Assembly (NCBI GenBank): GCA_951406725.2
Contig: OX597817.1
Coordinates: forward strand, 168,640,001-168,704,000
Origin: Octopus vulgaris
Lineage: Eukaryota
Length of the DNA stretch: 64,000 nt
Reading direction: 5' to 3'
Shown here: positions 40,459 through 53,420 of the stretch, piece by piece
Position numbering within the stretch: the first letter of the stretch is position 1
Layout of the letters: each line of letters starts with the position of its first letter
Translations under genes and position numbers: made by a program
The notes under the pieces: generated by a model
The model's database searches: none
Told to the model about the DNA's origin: nothing
Seen by the model: the letters and a program-made list of their open reading frames with translations, nothing else

Positions 40459-41029
40459 TCCATTCAAATATATTGTAAACATGTTTAGGCTGTGTGGTTA
40501 GGGAACTCATTTTGCAATGATGTAGTTTTGGGTTCAACCCCACTTTGTGGCAACTTTGTCGAGTGTCTTCTTTTGTAGTACCAGACCAACTAATGCCTTG
40601 TGAATGAATTTGGTATACAAAAACCATGTGAAAACATATTGTAGTGCAGCTCTTGGTCTTGCCAGCTCTTGTTGAACTATCCAACCCATGCCAGCATGGA
40701 AAATGAACATTAGATAATGATGATGGTAAGTGTGGAAAGGAAATTTGCTTAGGGGATGCAAACCCAGTTTTTCAGGAGGGTATTCAAGTGTTTCTCTGCA
40801 GCCCCTACTCCCAAGCCTATGTGTGTGTGTGTGTGTGTGTATAATAACAAAGGTGGCTAGACACAATATAAAACCAAAAAAGAAAATTCATTTGTCACTA
40901 ATAGTGACTGAGGGTGCAGTGTAGCTCTTACATTGCTAGAAACAAAAGTCAAAGACCCTTATAGTCACTAAAAGCACATTGTCTATATATTGATAGGAGA
41001 GATAACTGCCCCACAGCAAGCGAGATCAC

Positions 41030-41061
<32 letters not shown>

Positions 41062-41356
41062 TAACTGTGGATGGTTCCCGACCATGTGGTTTCAAGTTCA
41101 GACCTCTAGTATTCTTTTATTCTTTTACTTATTTCAGTCATTTGATTATGGCCAAGCCGGAGCACCGCCCTGAAGGGTTTCAGTCAAATAAATCCACCCC
41201 ACGACTTATTTTTTTTTAAAGCCTATTACTTGTTCTATTAGTCTTTTTTGCTGAACTGCTAAGTTATGGGACAGTAAACACACCAGCATAAGTTTTCAAG
41301 TGATGGTGGGGGGACAAACACACACACACATACACACGTTTAAGAATTTGTGTTGC

Positions 41357-41405
41357 AAGATTCCTGATGAGAACTCATGTGTTGAAACAGATTTTGTTGT
41401 ATTTT
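41357..41405 (+). ncRNA. Type I hammerhead-like motif with weak stems
   Basis: AAGAUUC-CUGAUGA-GAAC-UCAUGU-GUU-GAAACA-GAUUU-UGUU-GUAUUUU. Confidence 0.5.
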
Positions 41406-41414
41406 GGGATAATC

Positions 41415-41812
41415 TTTTACTCTTAACTCTTTTACTTGTTTCAGTCATTTGACTGCAGCCATGCTGGAGCACTGCTTTTAGTAGAGCAAATCAATCCCAG
41501 GACTTATTCTTTGTAAGCCTAGTACTTATTCTATTAGTCTCTTTCGCTGAACCACTAAGTGTCGGAGACATAAACACACCAACATCGGTTGTCAAGCGAT
41601 GTTGGGAAGACAGACACAGACACACAAACATACACACACACATATATATACATATATATGATGAACTTCTTTCAGTTTCCGTCTACCAAATCCACTTACA
41701 AAGCTTTGGTCGGCTCGAGGCTATAGTAGAAGACACTTGCCCAAGATACCATGCAGTGGGACTGAACCCGGAACCATGTGGTTAGTAAGCAAGCTACTTA
41801 CCACACAGCCAC
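41415..41812 (-). mobile_element. SINE family A
   Basis: Family match. Confidence 0.88.
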
Positions 41813-42191
41813 TGATAATTTTTTTTTTTTTTTTTTTGCCAAATAAGCCAAATAAACACATGCACTATATATACATTGTTCACTCATTACTGTTCTTATT
41901 CTAACTCATGTCCATTTTCTGAAAATCTTTTGTCACACATCTGTGGCTTCCACAGTGACACTTTCTGTTTTCATGTGTGCTCATATAAATATAAGATCCA
42001 AGGATTGATGTGTTAGAAGAAAGTTAGCTTCAAGCAATCTGTAGTAAATATAAAAACAACTTTCAGGGACGATAGTGGTTTATTGAGACAGAAGGTTGTG
42101 GATTTTTCCATATTGATGTACAATAAACTGAAAAAGTTCTTTATATATTTCACAGTAGGCAACCAGGATTGCCGAGCATGCGGATAAGAAT

Positions 42192-42608
42192 ACAAGAGTT
42201 AAGGAATAGAGTGGATAAGATCTGGGCTACATATGTTTTATACCGAGTGAAACGTCAGAAGTGGTAAATATCCAAGTGAGGTGTATACCTATTTCTTTAT
42301 TATCCACAAGGGGCTAAACACAGAGGGGACAAACAAGGACAGACATAGGTATTAAGTCGATTACATCGACCCCAGTGTGTAACTGGTACTTAATTTATCG
42401 ACCCCGAAAGGATGAAAGGCAAAGTCGACCTTGGCGGAATTTGACCACAGGCTATTCATCAGGCCAAGGGTATTTTGATTAAATGGTGTAACTGTCATTC
42501 CATTTAATCAAGATACCCTTGGCCTGATGAGTCACCTGCTGTATACACCTTGCTTGGATATTTACCACTTCTGAGGTTCTGGACCTTACTCCATTCCTTA
42601 ACTCTTGT
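42192..42608. repeat. Fold-back element interrupted by a SINE B fragment (42285-42445)
   Basis: ACAAGAGTTAAGGAAT / ATTCCTTAACTCTTGT; TCAGAAGTGGTAAATATCCAAG / CTTGGATATTTACCACTTCTGA; inner TCATCAGGCCAAGGGTAT / ATACCCTTGGCCTGATGA. Confidence 0.82.
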
Positions 42609-42829
42609 GTATGTATATAAATCTATGTATATATATATATATATATATACTACAAAATTAGAAAATGGAGAAACATACTTAAATCAATCAAACATCAACC
42701 ATCAGATGATACCCAATCAATACTTTATTACACCATTACATAACAGTAAAGGCATTATACAAAATATATTATAAATATAATTAGACAAGGAAATAATCCC
42801 ATGGTGGGTTGAATTTTCAACCCCTATCT

Positions 42830-42865
<36 letters not shown>

Positions 42866-43199
42866 GATGGGCTTCTCTCTGTCTACCAAATCCACTCACA
42901 AGGCTTTGGTCAACCCAAGACTATAGTGGAAGACACTTGCCCAAGGTGCCACACAGTGGGACTGAACCCAGAACCATGTGGTTGGGAAGTAAGCTTCTTA
43001 AAATACAGCTACACAAATAATCTTTTTTTTTAATATTCTACTGGCCTTCTCGCATTGGAAGCTTTGCTCACAGGATCTTTGCCTATCAGAGAATGATGAA
43101 CAAAGTCACTGTTTCTCACTGAGGCAGTGTAAATGAAGACATATGAAACTTCATTCTCACACAAAAACACACCATTCATTCATCCATTCATACACACAT

Positions 43200-43244
<45 letters not shown>

Positions 43245-43247
43245 TAT

Positions 43248-43818
43248 AAACAAAGTTAAATGCGATACAATAAAATTAATTATAATCGCCGGTGTACCAG
43301 TACACGCCATATATTACTCATATATCATTACATTCAAGGCGAAGAGTGCACTAGATACACAAAAGCTGGATAAATTTTTAGTGAGATGAAAATTAAAAAC
43401 TTTTACAAACTTAGCTTTTCTTATACTGCAGTTTCACCAAATTCAGTAATAAAAATAATATTTAATTACTCAGGCTGGCTCTTCAGTAAGATTCCTGTTA
43501 ATGATGGGAAGACCATATTAATAGACCCATGTGCGTCTATTGAAATGCTCTTTCTAAACTATTCAAAACACTGCGCAGACTCAGAACAAACCCGACAAAA
43601 TAGGGGATTGTGGTATATCGTCTAACGGTCAGAAATTTATCGAGAGAATATGTAAACAAAGTTAAATGCGATACAATAAAATTTATTATAATCGCCGGTG
43701 TACCAGTACACGCCATATATTATTCATATATCATTACATTCAAGGCGAAGAGTGCACTAGATACACAAAAGCTGGATAAATTTTTAGTGAGATGAAAATT
43801 AAAAACTTATACAAACTT
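43248..43818 (-). mobile_element. Penelope-like/retrozyme-like partial tandem: ~165-bp direct repeats at 43248 and 43654 (period 406 bp)
   Basis: Near-identical direct repeats around a hammerhead motif; abuts (TA)n. Confidence 0.75.
43420..43490 (-). ncRNA. Type I hammerhead ribozyme motif with intact core
   Basis: CUUA-CUGAAGA-GCCA-[AGUAAU..AUUACU hairpin]-UGGU-GAAAC-UGCA-GUA^UAAG; palindromic stem III ACUGCAGU. Confidence 0.8.
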
Positions 43819-43853
43819 ATGTCTTTCCTTCTCGAGATCTTTCCTTCTCCTAT

Positions 43854-43888
43854 GTTTCTGACGAAGAGCTCTGCTCGAAACGTTAAAC
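43854..43888 (+). ncRNA. Minimal type I hammerhead motif in a second Penelope-like remnant (43820-43990)
   Basis: GUUU-CUGACGA-A-GAGC-UCU-GCUC-GAAAC-GUU^AAAC; stem III reduced to the palindrome ACGU. Confidence 0.7.
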
Positions 43889-43996
43889 CCTCCTTCTTCC
43901 CTTCTTTCCTGAGCGTCCAATAATACTATATTTGTTCCACGTCCTCGCGTTGTTGTGTTTTTATGTGTTTTCTTGTTTGGATTAACTATATATATC

Positions 43997-44158
43997 TCTA
44001 CACTCGCGGAGTGGTTGGCGTTAGGAAGGGCACCCAGCTGTAGAAACACTGCCAGATCAGACTGGAGCCTGGTGCAGCCCCTGGCTTCCCAGACCCCGGT
44101 CGAACCCGTGCTAGCATGGAAAACGAATGTTAAACGATGATGATGATGATGATGATGA
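43997..44158 (+). mobile_element. Family D 3' fragment
   Basis: GGTTGGCGTTAGGAAGGGCA motif and (GAT)n tail. Confidence 0.82.
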
Positions 44159-44939
44159 TATTGTTTTATGTTATCTTGCATGATATTATCCGGCGTAAAT
44201 GTCACTCATTTAAAAACATTAGATTGAGATTCAAGGTGCAATGTGGTTGCTACTTCTATATTCCTTGCAAATTGCGTGGCCAAAGAGATGGTCCTTCACC
44301 TGGGTAGTTAGTAGTGATGATAATCTGATAATGAATAGCATATTACAGGGTGTTTGGGATGTGAGCGGAGACGGTGGTGGTGGTGGTGGTGGAGGCGTCT
44401 TAAGACTGAAAGAGATGAAAGTGTCATTTAAAATACTGAAGAAACAGGTGAAGAGTATTATGACAGGAAAAACACGATGATTATAACAATGCATGTTGGA
44501 GGAGATAAAGCTGACGATGAGCTTGATGATATCGATGATAGCAATGATGATGACGCTGATAATGGGGTGGGGTGGGTGGGGGTAATGACATCATTAAATA
44601 TACCAACGACAGGGTAATGCAAACGGCATTGATGACAATCAGGTAGATCAGTGCTTCTGATGTTAATACATACACTTCCGTCCCTCCTCCCACGGCCACC
44701 ACTACCTCTTCATTTACCTGCCTCAAGTGTCACTTGCTCTCTGCAGCCTGATGTAATAACTGCAACGTCTCTTAAGAACAAAACTGCATTCGTTGCTCAT
44801 TAGACAATTGATGCAATTCTTCTTTTTGCCAATGCATTCTACTTCAGCTACATTGCTCTGGCAATAATTGCATGTTCTGTTGCATCACTTACATGCACAC
44901 AACCTCATGCACACACATGACTACATACACCTATAAATT

Positions 44940-45970
<1,031 letters not shown>

Positions 45971-46100
45971 AAACATACTTACACATGCACACACATGCAT
46001 GTTTAAATTAATCGGTTGTTTTCCTAGTTATATAATCGTTGAATTTTTTCTCTCCAGTCATTACAGCCTGATACAACTGTATCTTATGAATGCGCCTGTG

Positions 46101-46158
<58 letters not shown>

Positions 46159-46342
46159 CATATACACACACTTACATGAATACATTTTTGGGAGAATATG
46201 TATTGGAGCGTAATGAAATTCATTGAGTTCTAAACAAATGGTTACATGTAGTTCCTGGTAAATACACACACACAAAAGAATAACCCTCCCCACACTCACA
46301 CATGTATGCATATCTATATGTATGTATCTGTGAGTATATCTA

Positions 46343-46422
<80 letters not shown>

Positions 46423-46499
46423 CTTACATATTAATATATGCACACACAGATACACACAGATGTAATGGAATCTTAGACAGACTATCCAAGAAGGTAAGT

Positions 46500-46987
46500 T
46501 TAATATGTAATAGATGCATTGGAGCAGTAGATATTAGGAACATACAGGAAATAGTTTCTCTCAAATGCCCAGGTGTCTCACTAGAAGTAGTTGATAGCTT
46601 TTGTTACCTAGGAGATGCAATTAGCAAGGGACGTGGTTGTTCTGAAAGTATGTATAGCAGCTAAAGTAAGAAAGGGTTAGAGAAAGTTCAGGGAGCTACT
46701 ACTACTGCTCACAACAAAGGTCTTTTCCCTTAGAATGAAGGGCAGGTTGTATGTCACTTGTGTTAGAACTGCAATACAGCATGGTAGTGAGACATGGGCC
46801 TTGAATGCAGAGGACTTAAGAAGAGTGAAAAGAAATGAAGCAAACATGCTCTGTTGGATGTGCAATGTAAGTTTGCATGAAAGACATAGTACAGGGGTGC
46901 TGAGTGAAAAACTAGGTATAAGAGGAATCAGATGTGGTGTGCAAGAAAGAAGACTGTGCTGGTATGGGCATGTGCTGTGTATGGATG
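46500..46987 (+). pseudogene. RTE-clade LINE ORF2 fragment (RT thumb and downstream)
   Basis: LEVVDSFCYLGDAIS ... KGRLYVTCVRTAIQHGSETW ... RRLCWYGHV match the RTE F.YLG, YGSETW and RLRWYGHV motifs; frameshift near 46650. Confidence 0.9.
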
Positions 46988-46999
46988 TGGCTTCTACAG

Positions 47000-47900
47000 A
47001 GCCAGATCCACTAGAGACCTATTCTCTTATGTTGTGCATCAACGGGTCCACTCTTTAGAGTTTTGATGAAACTAATATTATTGCCCAATGTATCAACAAA
47101 AGCATCTGATTGACTCAGGTATGCAAATAATCTATCAAAGCTTCTCATTTTTAGGTTTTACTCATCTCTTATCTTTTGAATCAGTAGCTTCCTACTTGAT
47201 TACATCATCATGACATGCATTTATGGAGCACTTTTCACCCACTCTTGGTCAGTTGTGTTATCCCCCAGGGTTTATTTCCTTCTTCCTTCTATACATCAAT
47301 GGTATTCTTGCAATCACAACCAAAAGTACACTCAAATGACACAACCCTTTATTCTTTATTCCTCCCTAATTTTCTCCAAACAATGCTTTGTTGTTTGGAG
47401 ACTAGACACCACATACCAAGCCTACATTGATTCCATAAATAAAGACCTTGACAGCATCCTCCAGAGGGTCCAAGCCAACCTTTTTTTTTTTTTTTCAACA
47501 GCCCCCCAAAAAACTCAAGCACTACTCATATAAAGAAAACAGCAACACACAACATCAATCATTTAGAGCCTTCATAGTCACTTCAACTGGTCGGCCTCCC
47601 TATTATCAAGAATCTATCCTGATGAAAGTTCATCCTTAGCATAGCTAAGACTAAGTCCTAAAGACAGGCCCTTCTCTTCAATGCAAGAAAATATTTCAAT
47701 CCTCACCAGATGCTGACATTCTACATGGTTCAAATAGGACCCATTATGTAGTACTGCTCCTACATCTGGGGGCTGTGCTGCTGTTATGCACACAGATATC
47801 CTGAATCACATCTAGAGAAGGACCACTATACTGACTGGCATTTAATCACTAAGAGAAACAACCTATCTGCTTACCCACAGGTTTATGTTCTTCTCTGCAA
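47000..47900 (+). pseudogene. Highly decayed CR1/L2-group LINE RT fragment
   Basis: Remnants VIPQG, YIN, NDTTL and MLTFYMVQIGPIM*YCSYIWG. Confidence 0.6.
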
Positions 47901-48419
47901 TATTCTGGCATAGATTTTAACCATGATTGGATAAAGTAAACTAAAAGCTAAAAAAAATAAAAAAGATTAAGTCATTATTTGATGTCTAAAATGAACTAAA
48001 CAACTAAAAAATGCATATATAAAATATAAGTATATATTATATATAAATGTATTATGTATGTACATATAAGTAATATAATTATATATTGTGCATGTACATA
48101 TATGTTTGTGTGTGTATGTTTTCATGCTTGAGTGTATGTATGTAAGTTTGTATGTATGTATATGAATAAAACCACTGTCTGTACCATCTAATATACTGAA
48201 GAAATTATTAATGTCTTGTATACAGAAGACCCTGTTGCTGTCAGCAAGCCAAGTTATAAAAGCAAAAATATGTATGATAAAAATATGCAGATAATGATAT
48301 TCATAAAATATCATATCTTAATTTACAAATTTCACTAACCTGTCTTGATTCAGAGCATCCTTAGTTTCCTCAGACACCATTTATTACCTTATATATGCAC
48401 ACACACTCACACACATACA

Positions 48420-48470
<51 letters not shown>

Positions 48471-48735
48471 ACACACACATATAATTCTTTAACCAAATTT
48501 CAGACTATTTTTGTCCTGAACATACTAGACCGTCACTACAATTTCACTCAGTATTTTATTAAAACTGTTTATATACAAGCATAGGCATGGCTGTGATGTC
48601 AAAAAGCTTGCTTCGTAATGAAATGGTTTCAGGTTCAGTCCCACTGTGCAGCATCTTGGGCACATGTCTTTTACTCTAGCCTCAGGCTGATCAGATGTCT
48701 TGTGAGTTTAATTGATAGAAACTGCATAGAAGCCC

Positions 48736-48775
<40 letters not shown>

Positions 48776-49184
48776 TCTGAGTTTTGCCACTACTCTGCTG
48801 TGCAGCCAGTGTTTGTTTGTTTACATCTCTGTAAATTAGCAGTTCAGCAAAAGAGATTAATGCAATAAGTACAAGATTTTAAAAAAGAAAAAGTACCAAG
48901 AGTGATTTTTTAAAATTAAAAACCTTTCAGGGCACTGCCTCAGCATGGCCACAGTCCAGGGGCTGAAACAAGTAAAAGACAGAATGTGGACAATATTCTT
49001 GTCATTGAAAAATGTGAAGAAATTAACCCTCATCTCTCCCTCTAACTCTCTCCCACCTTCTTTGTTTTACTGAGATAGCCAAGTATCTCCTTGATAGTAA
49101 GAAGGCTACCTTTCTCATTTTTTAATCTTTCAGTTCTGCTCTTCCTCTCAACCAAGCGGGCCTTGTCTTGTGATCTCACAAGGT

Positions 49185-49475
49185 ATTGGTGCCACATAAA
49201 AAAAACACCCGTTTTGCTGTCATGTAAAAAACACCAGCACAAGGAGTACCCATGCCAGTGCCACATACAAAGCACCTGTGCTGGCCCCAGGTAGTACCAC
49301 TGGTACTGGTGCCACATAAATAGCACCCAGTGTTCTCTGTAAAGTGGTTGGTGTTAGGCAGGACATCCAGCCACAGAAACCATGCCATAACAGACAATCA
49401 GAGCCTAGTGCAGCTCTCCAGCTGACCAGTTCTTGTCAAATCGTCCAACTCATGCCAGCATGGAAAAATGAACAT
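49185..49475 (+). mobile_element. Old family D element
   Basis: GTGCCACATAAA repeats, GGTTGGTGTTAGGCAGGACATCC. Confidence 0.7.
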
Positions 49476-49769
49476 TTGACAGAGTAATCTGAGAGACCTA
49501 GAAAATAACTTCTAGAATGGGTACAAATAAAACTCCTAACAATACTATAACCCAACCCCCAATTAAACATTCAGGTAGAAAATAACAAATAGATCATGTT
49601 TATGTAAACCAAACCTACAAATAAAACTCTGTACTTAGATGGAGATGAAGGTATGTGGCCTAGTAGTGAGAATATTGCACTAACTGTCTCAAGATTGTGG
49701 TTTCAACTCCTGGATCAGGCCATGCATTGTGCTCTTGAACAAAACACTTCTTTTCATGTTGTTCCAGTC

Positions 49770-50070
49770 CAGGGTTAAGACTCCCTTCAGTCATGAGTGT
49801 CCATGGGATTGTACCTAGGAAGTTCCCCTTTAAAACACAAGTCTGGGCAAGGTTTACAGAAGACTAGTAGTCACCCATGCATAACAACCTCCCCTCTCCA
49901 TGTCACCAATGTCATCCAAGGGAAAGTCAAAGGCCGATACAGCTTGGCACCAGTGACGAGGCAACTCATTTCTACAGCTGAGTGAACTGGAGCAATGTGA
50001 AATAAAGTAACTTGCTCAAGAACACAACGCACAGACTGTTACAGGAATCGGACACTCTAACCACTGAGTT
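49770..50070 (-). mobile_element. SINE family E
   Basis: Colinear with 7085-7414. Confidence 0.75.
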
Positions 50071-50359
50071 ATTATTCCAGTCTACTCAGCTGTAATTGAG
50101 TAAGCTTGTGGTGGACTGGTGCCCTTTCCAAGGTGAGTACTGACTTACACTCCATGGGAATTGGGAAATCAGTCCCATGAGTCCAAGGACTTGAGCCAGT
50201 AATTTTCAGTGGGGTATTAGGATGGAGACAGTAAATGTCACTTAGATATGAAATGTCAGCAATGAAATACATTCTTAGAAGAGCATTTAGATGCTCTTCC
50301 ACAGATGAAGAACCAGATGAAAACAAAACAAAACTACAGAATAAGAAAATGCTAAGCAA

Positions 50360-50780
50360 GAGTAGGAGTAGCTGTGTGGTAAGTAGCTTGCTTACCAACC
50401 ACATGGTTCCGGGTTCAGTCCCACTGCGTGGCATCTTGGGCAAGTGTCTTCTGCTATAGCCCCGGGCCGACCAATGCCTTGTGAGTGGATTTGGTAGACG
50501 GAAACTGAAAGAAGCCTGTCGTATATATGTACATATATGTATATGTGTATGTGTGTGTTTGTGTGTCTGTGTTTCTCCCCCCACCATCGCTTGACAACCG
50601 ATGGTGGTGTGTTTACACCCCCGTAACTTAGCAGTTCGGCAAAAAAGACCGATAGAATAAGTACTGGGCTTACAAGAAAAGAATAAGTCTCGGGGTCGAT
50701 TTGGTCGACTAAAGGCGGTGCTCCAGCATGGCCGCAGTCAAATGACTGAAACAAGTAAAAGAGAAAAAAGGGTAAAGAGT
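50360..50780 (+). mobile_element. SINE family A, full length
   Basis: Family match. Confidence 0.9.
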
Positions 50781-51194
50781 AACAAACTTGTGAACCAAAC
50801 CATACTACAACATAGATAGAAAAATAATACAATAAGTATATAAAACGTAACAACTATTAGTAATAAACAGACAACAATTGTATAGCAACTTATAATTATT
50901 GTGTAGGTGCATATGGAAAGATTTTGTATGCATTGAGAATTCACACTATTTTACTAGAGATTGTGTGTGTGTGTGTGTGTGTGTGTGTACATGCCAACAT
51001 GAAAATCAGATGTTAAAAGATAAAATTGATGATATCGTCATCATCATCATCATCATCGTTTAATGTCTGCTTTCCATGCTAGTATGGGTTGGACGATTTT
51101 GACTGAGGGCTGGTGAACCAGATGGCTGCACCAGGCTCCAATCTTGATCTGGCAGAGTTATATATATATATATAGATGTATATATAGATATAGA

Positions 51195-51563
51195 CTAGCA
51201 GTATCGCCCGGCGTTGCTCAGGTTTGTAAGGGAAATAACTATAAAGCATTTTTAGAGAGTTATAGCCAAAAAATAGCAAAAAAATGATGGTAAATTTTTA
51301 TTTAGTTAAAAAAGGTGGAGTTGCGTCCCCTAGACAGTTTGCGGTTGTGTTTCTGATTCTCGACCCCATGTCGAATTTATCGATTTTTTTCAGAACTGGG
51401 GGAACTTTTCAAAATTTTCGCTGCGTTAGTTTTGAATTATGACATTGGGCTATGTGTGTCAAGTTTCATCAGAATCGGTTGAAAGCCGTGGTCAGGGTGA
51501 GGGTACAAGCAAACAGACACACAGAAGCACGCACAGACAAACTGCCGTTTATATAGAGAGAGA
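51195..51563 (-). mobile_element. Non-autonomous Helitron: same 3' end as the other two, largely different interior
   Basis: A|CTAGCAGTATCGCCCGGCGTTGCTC ... TTTATATAGAGAGAGA|T on the + strand. Confidence 0.8.
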
Positions 51564-52750
51564 TAGATAGAGGCATAGCTGTGTGTTTAAGGAGTTTGCT
51601 TCCTGACCATGTGGTTTTGGGTTCAGTCCTCCAGTGCAGCATATTGACCAAGTGTCTTCTACCATAGGCCCTGACTGATCAAGCCTTGTGGATGGATTTG
51701 GTAGATGGAAACTGTAAGAAGACCATTGTGTAGGCATGTGTGTGTGAGTGTTGATGTTTGTTTTTATGTTCAGTTAAAATAAAAACAATTTTACATGAAA
51801 CTGATGGGTTGTTTTATACTTTTACTGAATACAAATTTATTATTCTTAAACAAGAACGTTTTGACCAGTTTTGACCAGTTATGCCATCGTTGGCAGTCCA
51901 ACAATGGCATAACTGGCTGAAACTTTGAAGTCACTGTCAACAATATTCTTATTTAAAAATAATAATAATATGTGTTTGTGTGTGTGTGTGTGTGTCCCAT
52001 CATCAGTTGACAACCAGTGTTGCTTTGTTTACTTACCTGTTCAGCAAAAGAGACTAATAGTATATGTACCAGGCTTAAGAAATAAGTCCTGAGGTTGATT
52101 TGTTCAGTTAAACACTTCTAAGCAGTGCCCCAACATGGCTGCAGTCCAATGACTGAAACAAGTAAAAGAAATACATACATACATACATACATGCCTAGAT
52201 ACATACATATATATGTGTAACTAAGGGTGCCAGAGCACCTACATTGCTAGAAATAAGAGTTGAAAACTCTTAATGCTGTAAGAAGAATGCAATGTATATA
52301 TACACTGGCAAGGGAGTTAACCACCCCATGACTGTCTCGAATCACTAGACTAGGCCTATTCTGACCTATTCTGTAGGCATCGTCAGTAGTGACTATTCAA
52401 ATGGTCAATGGTTTGGCTAACTCTGCCAGTATATATTTTTACTGTAAAAGTTTATGACTAAGGGTGCTTCAGCACCCTTAGCCACACTTAGTGATGATTA
52501 AATTTTCCTTTATGGTATTACATTGCACCTAACTATTTACATTAATTTTACATGCATATGTCAGATGCTTGGCTCTGTGGTTAAGACCATATGGTTTTTA
52601 GTTTACTCCTACTGCACAGCACTTTGGGCAAATGTCTTCTACTATAGGCTTGGACTAACAAAAGATCTCGGTGAGTGGATCTGATTGTCAGAAACCGAAA
52701 GGAGCCCATTATATATATATATACATATATGTATATATATATATATATAT

Positions 52751-53021
52751 CACCGTCACCGTGACCGACCAGGCTATCAGATGTTGCTACACATCGCTGG
52801 TCACAATGCGTTTCACATTGTTTTAGCCTTTAAATGACGCCACCCCGCTGGCTAAGCGAGCAGGCCAACAGAAGAAAGAGTGAGAGAAAGTTGTGGCAAA
52901 AGAGTACAGCAGGGATCACCACCACCCACTGCCGGAGCCTTGGGAATCGGTCTGGGAATCGAAACCGCGATCCTACGACCGCGAGTCCACTGCCCTAACC
53001 ACTGGGCCATTGCGCCTCCAC
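52751..53021 (-). mobile_element. SINE family C head with an alternative tail
   Basis: Head matches 40072; sequence diverges after CTCTCACTCTT. Confidence 0.8.
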
Positions 53022-53029
53022 TATGTGTG

Positions 53030-53079
<50 letters not shown>

Positions 53080-53137
53080 TAAAAACGGTAAGATAACAAA
53101 AGAAAGAGACTTCAATATTATGTAAATAGAGGAAATT

Positions 53138-53389
53138 TATCTGTAAAATAATATGTGACAATTATTCAATAGCCAAGATAAAACTCTGAGTTTCAGATGC
53201 CGAGGTGGAAATCCACAACATCATCTCTTCTAAGCAGTGCCCCAACATGGCTGCAGTCCAATGACTGAAACACAACACCATCTCTTCGGTTATCTGGCCA
53301 GATAACCGAAGAGATGGTGTTGTGGATTTCCACCTCGGCATCCGAAACTCGGAGTTTTATATTGGCTATTGTCACATATTATTTTACAG

Positions 53390-53392
<3 letters not shown>
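53138..53392. repeat. Fold-back palindrome of hammerhead-like arms, centred on TGGCCA 53295-53300
   Basis: Arms are reverse complements apart from the 53231-53287 insertion/duplication and a small indel. Confidence 0.88.

Positions 53393-53420
<28 letters not shown>

Noticed and set aside
46735-47058. 107-aa ORF as a host gene
   Set aside because: RTE LINE ORF2 fragment, frameshifted upstream and truncated
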